A stretch of DNA of 64,000 nt, taken from assembly GCA_003427395.1 (NCBI GenBank), contig BFEA01000043.1:1802107-1866106 (forward strand), given 5' to 3'. Of the stretch, positions 51,781-61,934 are shown one piece after another. Source of the DNA: Chara braunii. Taxonomy: Eukaryota > Plantae > Charophyceae. Numbering within the stretch: the stretch's first letter is position 1; the number at the start of each line of letters is the position of its first letter. Position numbers and translations under genes: made by a program. The notes beneath the pieces are model-generated. The model was not told where the DNA came from, did no database searches, and saw only the letters and a list, made by a program, of their open reading frames with translations.

Positions 51781-54700
51781 GAGAAGGAAAAACAAGAACG
51801 AAAGAGATGAAATAGTAATATTAATAAGGCATTTCGACCAACACTCAACTGACTCATTATCACCCTTAAGTGATGGGAGGAAGCCAAAAAGGAGGGATGA
51901 GAGAAAAATTTTTAAGAAAAGGAGAAGGTGGAAGATGATTTTCGTTGAAACAAGATATGAAGTTTGTTGTATCACCTAAATGAAAAAAGAAAAAGGAAGG
52001 AGAGGGTAACCGAGAGGGGGGAGGGGAGGACAAGGTCAAGAAATACAGTTGCATTCGTACCAACTATCCTATTCAACTCAGTTTTTTCATTCTTGTTAAT
52101 TTATTAAAAAAAAAAAATCACCACAAGTTAGGGGATGGCAGAGAGGATGGTGATTAATGAAGACACAAAGACGAGGCATTCTCTTATTCATCAGTGTTCA
52201 AAAATTGAAGATCCACGAATCATTAATGTGGTGTTTCACTTCTCCCTTAACCCTCCAAATGAACCCCTTACTTCAGGCCTTACTTGCTCTCTCTGGACCC
52301 TAGACTTTAATTGGTCCAGATATCCTTGTCATCTTACCTGCACTCCCACTTTGCTTCTCATCAACAAAGGTCATTGACTGCATCAACCCCCATGTTCAAG
52401 ACATGACTCACGTTTTGTACTCAGTTCAGCCGGTGTCGTACCAAATACCCTTACAAGGGTATTTGGCGTGTTTCCTGCAAGACGCACTAGTGCAGCCTCG
52501 CCCGCTCAACGGCGCACGTACGGGAGGAAGTTTAGGCCCTTGCAAGGATGGGCGGCGCGCGTGGGGTATTGGCGGCAAGCTGCAGCCATGCGCAACATGG
52601 AGGGGCCCGGCGGGGCTGTTCCCTTTTGGGTTTGCCGTCAGCGGCATCAGAACGGTACTAACGCTTCCTTTTCCTCGTCCGCCATATTCTGACAAGTAAA
52701 AGTTCTAAATATTTTTATTTACTGTCATGTTATTATTATGCTCCGACGTTCTTTTACTCAGATGCGACACCGGGTTTAGTGGCCGTCGCAACAGTCGAGG
52801 ACCTTGAGCGCGCGCCTCTTTGGTTGACCTTCTTGAAACACGGACCGAGGAGGCCGACGTGCATGCGAGCCGGAGGGTGGTTGCCCACGGGCCGAAAGGG
52901 ACTTGAGTGGTTGGGATTTTTGCGGGATCACCGTCCGTTCTCGACAGTCCGCAGTGGAGGGGTTGGGTATGAGTATGCCCATGGGACTGTCATCCACTTC
53001 GGTCTCCAAGGTCCCCATCGAGGTATGTGCCACTACCATGAAGACTTGCGTCGGACCTTCTTACCCAAGCCCGCGCTTGGGCATATAGCGGCCCGCGCCC
53101 TCGGCCCCGCGGCCTGCTATGAGAAACTGGGGTGGGGCTGGTCCGCTAAGGAGCTAACGAGGAGGCGGGGCTAAGAAAACCCAGAGGAGGTGCGGGCTCA
53201 GTCGGAGTAAGGCGGGCAGGGGAGGTTGTAGCATGCTGGCAGTGAAGCCAGCTGGGCGCACGGGTTGTTGGGCGGAGTATAGAGCCCAGAGACGAGCCGA
53301 CCCGTCTGATGATCAGGCCATGCTGGGTGTTACAGGACCGTTGTGGCTGGATGCTGCCTTGGTAGCAGGAGAAGCGGAACAACGTCGGACCCGGGTATAG
53401 GAACGAAAGACTAATCGACAAGTCTAAGTGGCGGGTTTATCTGAAGTCTCCATTGAGATACGGGAAGGTTGTTGAACACAGGCAGCTGCGGAGCATCCGA
53501 ATGTTAGGCGTTAAGGGACCACAGCGCTGTGGGCAGGGGCTGGCGCAGACGGGGGTGAAAAAAGAGAAGAAAGGTAAAAAAAATTAAAAAAAAAAAAACT
53601 TGGCGTTGTTTCGCGCCGGATGTGTGCAAAGAAGGGGATGGCGGAAGGATGAGTCGGGCGCAGCCGGAATGACCTAGCTCTCTCGATCCTTAGTGGAATC
53701 GAGAGAGGTAAGAGGCAATCCCGGGGTTTTGGCCCCGGGCGAGTCCGATGACGAAGTCAAAAAGGAAGGAAAGTTTGTAGAACGAAAGATAGGATAGAAA
53801 ACGCATGCGTGATAATGTTGGAAAAATAGATATGGTGGAAGAATGAAAGTTCGATATCTTCCCCGATTCATTATAGAGCCGGGCGAGGTAGGATCCTAAG
53901 TGGGGGTTATTGAACATTACAAATCGATTAGTGGTGTTAACTTAGCGTGTAGATGACTAGGAAAGGTAGTAGGAGAGAAATAGACAACACGAGAGATGGC
54001 GGGGAGTGAAGAAGGAGGGGAGGAAACGCATATCTCATGCATTTCCGAACGGAATTAGACGGGTGATGATGTGAAATGGGGTTTTTCGACCATCGTGAAC
54101 GCAATAGCATTATCGAGCGCATCGGTCCCCGCCTTTCCTCGCGAAAGAGGCGGGAACCCTCCCAACCATGTCACGTAGGAGTTAAAACAAAAAGCATACC
54201 ACAGAGACAACTCGGGGACGGCGCATAATTAATCCCGCGGATCGCCGAGATGGTTGTGGTCGCGTCGTCCCTTCGCTGCTCTAACCGGGTGCGCCAGCTG
54301 TACATCCCGCGGACCACAACCATGCGAAAGTTTTTACATCCAGTTGCAGAGGTGGGTTAGCCGAGGGCGTTTGCTCGCTTGTTATAGTATAAGTACGCAC
54401 GATTAAAATGCCTATTGAATCCGGACGTCGGACGTTGTCCGTTCCTTAGGGCGCTGATCTCCTAAGTACGAAGCGTACGCTGGTCGACTATGACGGTCTC
54501 AACCAAGTGTGAAACCCCCAATATCCTAGTCCTTTTGGTCACCAATTAAAAAGAAAGACATAACAACCACACATAGTTACATAAAAAATAATTGATCGTA
54601 GTCGACATGAACATATATCCAATTTAAAATGATAACCGAACGAATGTAAATTATCATTATATATATCCAATAACACAATATCAAAATAAAATCCGACCAC

Positions 54701-56159
54701 CCAGGGTCGAATTCCACAAAAATCATACAGCCGCCAACGGGGAGTTGACTTTCAACAATAACCTCAATGCAGCCGACAAGGTAGTCGGTTTGTCTTAGTT
54801 TTGACTTGATGAGATGCGTTGCCAAAGTTATTCATTCCATCCTACCGCCGACCTAAGATTGAACACGCACACACCCATCTACATACGTTTCTCAATCTTC
54901 TTGGATGACGGGCTGTTTTGCGGATGATTCTTGATCAGGGGCATTGCTTGAGGTGTTGCATGCCTCTCCCTCTAGGAAGTGATCTTGAGTACTCCTCCTC
55001 CTCGCCCGAACACAAGACTCGAATCTCATAAGTCGGGCCGTCTCCACCGAATCGGCAAAGTACCCCCCCGTAGAACGGTCCACTCTGGGTCGATAACAGG
55101 GTCGGATCCTAAAACAACGAACCCTCGCCCCAGATGCTTCATGAGGAAAGAGAATATGCTCACCACAAATAGATTTTCAGTTGTTCCCTTTGTTTCTTGC
55201 CCAAGGTAACTCAAACGAAAATAGTTAGAAAAGAGAAAGAATGAGAACCATTTAGACAGATAAAAGTCATTCAGGAAAGAAATGGTCAATCTTTGGGAAA
55301 AGGCTACGTTCGTTTGACCTTATCTCCTTTATTTGATTCGAATTCATTTTACGGTGTGCGCAAAAATTAACATTTTTTAAAACAACCAACCCTTCTTGGC
55401 ATGCAGGTAGGTGAGAAGTCAAAAGAAGACACTCCTTTTTCATTTTCTCAAATAGGCATAATCAATCTTCTTTGCAAGCATCCTTCTACCTACCTGCACA
55501 ACACGCAGAGACAACAAGTTCAAGAGAAAACCAGTACAATCCCATGCCCAAGTCAGACCTTTCCATTCACATGCACGATACGCACGACTTTCCTCTACCT
55601 TTTCAACGAACATTCAATGAATAGGGTCAAGCAAAGTGTGGGTTCACACAGGTGTGAAGGGAAATCTGAGTCAATCAACTGACTGACCTTGAGTGAAGTG
55701 GTCTCGAACACGCCCTGGCTCACTCACGAAAGTCAAGAAAGATTATACTTGTCGCCAAAGAAAACTACAGTCCCAAGGCGAGTCTCAAGTCAACTGCTTG
55801 TCCCAATCTGTTCCCGACTAACAAGTCCCACATGCGGTAGTCCCAGATTTGATGGCGGCAAGTCGCACGAGTCCCAAAAAAAATGTTGTTTCCAAGACAG
55901 TCCCAACTGACACCATGTCTGTCCCAACCGATCCCAAGTGGTCCCTGATGGTCCTATGCCACCAACATTCGCTCCTTACGCATACTTTATAGTGTGTCGC
56001 GCGCCAACTGCCACCACATAACATTGCCGCCACAACACACGCCAACTCTGGTAGCACAACCTTATCAAATTAAACATACGCCGCACTGTAGAAAAAAATG
56101 TCGTCGCTATCGTACCGCAAATCCTTGTTGTCGTGTCACTAATCCATTAACATTTTCAC

Positions 56160-56500
56160 ACACACAAAAAAAACAAGCATCGTCGTGCCACCAATCCGGC
56201 AGCATCTCCCTGCCCAAAAAAACAAAGTGCCGCCACGCCCCAAATCCAGCAGCATTTCCCCGCCAAAAGAAAATTGATGTGTCGCCGCGCCGCAAATTCG
56301 GCAACACTTCCTCACCAAAAGAAATCAAGTGCCGCTGTGTCGCAAATCTGACAGCACTTTCCCCGTGAAAAGAAAAATCAAGTGCCACTGCGCCGCAAAT
56401 CCGGCAGCAGTTCCCCTCCAAAAGAAAAATCAAGTGTTGCCTCGCCGCAAATTTGGCAGCACCTCCCCAACGTGTAAGAAAAATAGCTGCCAACAACGCC
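56160..56500. repeat. Tandem ~60-bp repeat (AAAATCAAGTGCCGC.GCGCCGCAAATCCGGCAGCACTTCCCC)
   Basis: Five or six degenerate units visible. Confidence 0.8.
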
Positions 56501-57792
56501 GCACCGCTCGTGCAATACCTCCCCAGTACTGCCGTTATGGCCGCCGATGACGCCGTGCCACAGCACCTTCTCAGCACCGCAGCGTCGTCGTCACCCCTTG
56601 TCGCATCTCATGGCCGCTCCTCGCTGTGCTGCCGTAAATCCCCCTAGACTAGCCAACCATTGGATGAAGCAGAATGCTCCAACCAGGCTATGGCTGTCTC
56701 TTCCTCCTCGTCGTACTCCACTGCCGTCCTCCAACTCCGCGGGCAGCATTCCTGCCTCCTCTCCAACACTCCAACAATGGGGCTAGTGTGCTGTCACACA
56801 CTGGCAGCTGGAGGCAAGTGTGAGGCAGCTGGGGGACGACTGCCTCTTTTGTAATGGCTGAGGAGAGCAGCAACAGCCTCAATTGCCCCCAGGCAAAATT
56901 CGTCACTTGCTTGGGGCCGTTGATCTGAGCCAGATGAACGGACTGAGGCTGTCTCACCTCAGCCACACACTTAGGGTGGCAGTTGTGCTCAACTGCCCCC
57001 CCTCTTTTTCTCCTTTTTCCCTGCACTCAGCCTCACACTGAGTGCAGGTTCAAAGGGAAAATGGTTGTTTCCAACCAAGTTCCCCTCACCACCTCCTCAG
57101 CTTCCCAGCCTCTGACCTGAGTTAAATTCAGGCCAGTTTGACCTGTATCTTGCCGTAGCCACGGCCACATCCGTGGCTTTTTCTTTTTTCCTTCCTCTCC
57201 TTCCGTCTTCCCAACTCCCTTTTCTTCTGCCCTCCCCTTGAAAACGGGGAGGGAAGTTCAAGTTAGGAGAGGTAGGTCCTCCCTCTCCCAGCCTCCTATT
57301 TTCCTCCCTTCCTCCCTCTCTAACTCACTTAATTCCTCCCTCACGCGGGGCAACACTGGCCGCGAGATTGAAGATCGCAAGGTCGAAAATATTCGCCCCT
57401 GAACGAAGTGGGAGCCTGGTGTGCTCCCACACAACCCATATGACTGTTCTCCCAACAGTGAGGCACGAATGCCTCATTTTCTTTCTTTCCCTTTTTTTTT
57501 ATATAGAAATTTGTCCGTTTCCTTTGGATACTTTGNNCGTNCGTTTTCAANNAAAANNNAAANAANAANAAAAAAAAAAAAAAAANNNANNNANNGACAA
57601 CAACAGCTGCCCGTTTTCAACGAGCGCCTGCTGTTTCTTCNGGGGACACTTAGTCCCCTGCTACTTCGGTGGACGCCATCTGACGCTGTCTGCTTAGTTT
57701 AGATTTTTTTTTATTTTTTTTTTTAGTAATAACACCGTTGGCTTATGCCAACGGCCACGAACTGCTGAAATACAGACCCGAATCCTCCCCCC

Positions 57793-57847
57793 AAAAAATG
57801 GCCATTTCTCGATTCGTGTGTGTCATCCTTTGCGCAGGGGCCATGCT
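57793..57847 (-). pseudogene. U6: U6 snRNA 3' half (from the AGC triad to the U-tract)
   Basis: Minus strand AGCATGGCCCCTGCGCAAAGGATGACACACACGAATCGAGAAATGGCCATTTTTT matches plant U6. Confidence 0.88.
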
Positions 57848-58490
57848 GTATCCGCGCGGCTGTTTTCGTCCGTAAGATCTGATGATCTCACGGTCGAAAT
57901 CGACCGCGCCTCATGTTCCTTCCGGTGGGCTGCTCCAAAAGGAGTTAGCCCAGTAGGGTGCCCTCAGGTTTGATCCCAGTGTCTGCTGGGTGATAGTTTG
58001 ATGTTGCAACTTCCTGAGCTAGCTCCTATTCACGGAAGCTAGACCCGCAGCTCTTCTATTTGAAGAGATGCTGCCCGGTAGGTCACCCAGCCTCGGGACT
58101 GAGCAACCCCAAACTGCCTCACCTTTGGCAAACAGTCGTCGCCCCGCCATCTAACCGGTTGGGGCTTAGCCCGGTGGGCCCGATAAGCTACCACTACGGT
58201 CTACTCAGGCTCTGAATCGAGCGGCTCTTATTCCAACGCCCGTACGTCCCTCCGTACTCGCCAGACGCGGTTGGTGACCGACCACACCACCACTATAGCA
58301 TGCCGCATGCGTTTGGACTTAAGCAAAAATTTAGTCTCCCAGTCGTAGGTTTGGTCTGAATAAACTTTTGGCAACGTCAGTCTCATCAAGTCCTTCAATT
58401 CAACGAAAGAGTCGGACAACGTCCGACGTTTAAAATCCCCGACAAATACCCTTGTCAGGGTATTTGCCCCGACAGCGTTGTCAGTATCAG
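57848..58490 (-). repeat. Structured dispersed repeat (homologue of 13332-14110), fused to the U6 fragment
   Basis: Collinear motifs as listed for 13274-14110. Confidence 0.75.
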
Positions 58491-60349
58491 CCATAAGTTA
58501 GTGGTTTGGTTAGTATAGGTGTTGGAGGCCGCGCGAAGGAAGACGGGAAACTCGACTATGCCAAAGAGGGAAGATAAGGGATAATCCAAGGGCTTTCAGG
58601 TGGTGCGCACGCAATGGGGAGTTCAAATCGGAGAAGGAAAACATGCGGATTCTGCTGATCGATTGGCAGAAGTTGCGGGGAGAGATCTAACTTACCTATC
58701 TGTCGGGAGCTGTGCTATATGCCATCCAAGGTGAGCGGTTTCAAAGAAAGAGACGCATTTACATGCAATCGCATTCCGGGTGCCAAAGATCCCTGTCGCG
58801 CCAAGTTTTGTATGTTGGATCTGCATGCCGCAGTGGGGGTCGTCGGTGTTTGCGACTCGTAGTGCTTCGATTCCTTTCCTTGGCTTAACTCGCATCGTTT
58901 TGACTGAATCTGACCGAGAAGATAGCCAGGTAAATTCATATACAGGGCGCTACAGTAGAGAGGAAGGGGAAGGCAATGAAAGGGAGCGGGAGGTTGTGTG
59001 ACGTACATGAGGCCGCGTATGGGGGAAGGGGATTCATAAACAGTGTATGTACCTAATCCGATTTCGTAGACAGAACCATCCCCGCCTTGCATAGTTGGCG
59101 TAGTAGTGAAGCGAGGCTCACAAACCAGTAGTTGTAAGCGAGCTACTGTTTTTTATGATCCACAAAACCGGGGTTGCCGTGTTCGAAGTACTGTTTAATG
59201 ATTCAACTGCGGTTCGCTGCATTTGTGGTTGAAGTAGTAGGGGATCCTTGTTGTGCTTATAACTGCCATGTTGCGGTTATCACGAGCTTCTTCCTCGCCT
59301 CGCCAGAAGTGGGCTGTTCCGAGTAGCCATCATTTCTGCATCCATAGTTGCTTGTTTCAGAGCTGCATAAGCCTGGCCCAGTCAATTGACCGGGTGCACC
59401 GATAAAAGAAGCGGTGGGACAAGAACGAAAGTTGGGGAAAGTCCGGCTGCCCTTGCTGAGCACTGCTGAGCTTTACTATTTTCATTCCCATTTGCTCTCG
59501 AATAAGAACAAGGGGGAAAGTAGCTCTTAAGCACAAACTTTGCGGACCGGGGAGTGGAAGTTTGGTCAAGGGAGAACGGTGTTGGGAGCTGAGGGAGGAT
59601 TTAGGCTCGACAAGGGAGTTGCCGCTGGGGCTGGTTCTGGACGTAAGGATGAGCATTTTTTTTGACTGATGTCATTCTCCTTAGACTGTGTTTGGACCGA
59701 GAGGGGGCACTGTGATTCTTAAAGAAGTGATTATACATTGCAAAGAGGGGGTATTGCAGCGATTCGGAGAGTCGCCATGGAGTCAGCAGTTGGTGTTTTA
59801 ACCTCAGTCGACCAAGTGGTTGCACACTCTGACCATCATTGCGGGGCCCTCAGGCGGTTGAAGATTGCAAGGCCCTCTCCTGGGAGTTGAGTTTGTCCCC
59901 CTCTTGTATCTCGAGAGTCTGAAACCCCTACTTCTGCCCTTCTCAATCTCAATCTAATCCTGATTACGAGAGGAAGGCGGTAGGCGGGGTTGCAACCCGT
60001 AGGACTGCGTCAAGGCTCTATGGGGAGTCAACCCACCGATTGTGGGAGCTATGCCGGAACTCAGGAGGAGTTATGGAGGCAGGGAATTGAAAGGTAACCA
60101 TTGCTCTCCTTTTATAAACCCGGTTATAACCCTTACATGTATCGCTTGCTATGATTGACTGAGTATACTGCTTGTATCCTTACTTTGACTTTTATGTTTG
60201 ACTTTCATGATACAATCCAGACTTAATAAAAGGAATGATTGTGCAAGTTGCAGTTTCAGTTTTGCTTGTCTGACTGAAAACAGATTGTGGGATTGCATCT
60301 GGGGGAAGGATGAGAGGAAGGTAGTCTTGCTTGGTTGACTGGGTCAATT

Positions 60350-61930
60350 AAAGGCTGAGCAAGTCTCCATAAGTTTAGGGAGACCCAATGCTGTGTTTAT
60401 TTTTGATTGTCTGGAGAACCAGACAGGTTCCCATAAGTTTGGGTGATCTGGTTGCTCTGACTTGTGAGGGCTGACTGTGATTGACTTTTCAGGGATCAAG
60501 CATGTTCCATAAGTTTGGGTGGCTTTGTCGCCTTGTTTACTTTGAGTTTCTTTCAATTTCTTTTTGTTATGAACGAGGAGGTCTGAGCATGTTCCATAAG
60601 TTTGGGTGACTCCGTCTCTTCCTGCTTTTCTTTAAGGGAACAAATCAGACAGAGGACCAAACATGTTCCATAAGTTTATATGGCCTTGGTCCAATGCCAC
60701 GCACATGCTGGAACCAAAATGATATAACTTGACTATATTTTATTATTACTTTATCTATGAGCAGGCTGGTCAGACAAGTTTCCATAAGTTTGGGTGGTCT
60801 GACTATAGCTTATCACAAATTGAAGAAAGTATGAATTAAGAATAAATTTGTGGTACGAAGGGGCAGACCGAATCTTGCGCTAAAGATGATCGATTCAGTT
60901 ATATGCTACCTTAAAAGACTAAGTGCAGATAATTATATAAAGCTGGGATACTTAAACAGTTCAGGGCGACTATGGTGACCTAGTCATCATATGCTCAAAG
61001 AAGAGAAAAGTTGTTGTGCCTTGTGTTTGTGTATACTCAATGGTTGAGCTAGACATGTTCCATAAGTTTGGGTGGTCTAGTTTTATTCCCTATGTAAGCT
61101 GGGTATAAAGGGATAAATCATTGAGAGACTATGAACTATTGTTTGATAAGTTGACTTGGGGATGGTGAGAGTACTTACCTTTGTGGTTTGACCTGCATAT
61201 GGCTGAGTGAGATTACTATTTAGTCCGAGTTTCAGTTGATAGGTAGTTGCTTTAGTTGCTCGCCACGTGCTAGAGTCATAGGAGTTAGTTTCAGTTCCTC
61301 CATTTTCTGAGCTAAGTTCATTTTACTTAGGTCAATTTCGGCATTTTATGGGATCTTTTATTATACTTGGTATTGTATAAATCTTGGTAAGTCACTTTCT
61401 CTACAGGAAGCGCTGCCAAAATTTCTACAAAACCAAGGAGTTAGTCAGTTTATCTTTTCAATGTTCAACTTGTTTGACTTTTTGGCTTAGTAAAAATCTG
61501 GGAAGCCTCCTTTTCTAAAGGGAGTGCTGCCAAAATTTTTGTTGTTTCAGGGAGTTAGATAAAATTGGACCTTGAGAAGTCAAAGTCATTTTAAATTCTG
61601 AAATTACCTTTGTATAAATTTTGGTAAACTAATTTCTCTACGGGAAGCGCTGCCGAAATTTTTGCAAATCCAAGGAGTTAGTCAAAATTTGAGTTGTCAG
61701 AAATTCAACTTGTTTGATTTTTATATATGGTTTAGTAAAAATTTGGGAAGTCTTCTTTTCTAAAGGGAGTGCTGCCTAAATTTTTGTTGATTCGGGGAGT
61801 TAGACAAAATTTGACTTTGGAAGGTTGCATATTGTTTCTGTTTTTATATTTAGGCTGATACAAATTATGAGCAGACACTTTTCCTACGGGAAGCGCTACC
61901 GAAATTTTCTTAGATTAGAGGAGATAGATT
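60350..61930 (+). repeat. Structured array block 1: seven TCCA-TAAGTT-TGGGTG stem-loops, then five long hairpin repeats
   Basis: Loop motif in hairpins starting ~60363, 60417, 60494, 60575, 60654, 60767, 61046. ~120-bp units with GGGAAGCGCTGCCGAAATTT/GGGAGTGCTGCCAAAATTT at 61370-61925. Confidence 0.8.
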
Positions 61931-61934
61931 ATAT

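Noticed and set aside
58228-58494. 88-aa ORF as a protein-coding gene
   Set aside because: The homologous copy at 13.9-14.1 kb has a stop and frameshift, and the shared NTLTRVF peptide derives from a DNA palindrome.
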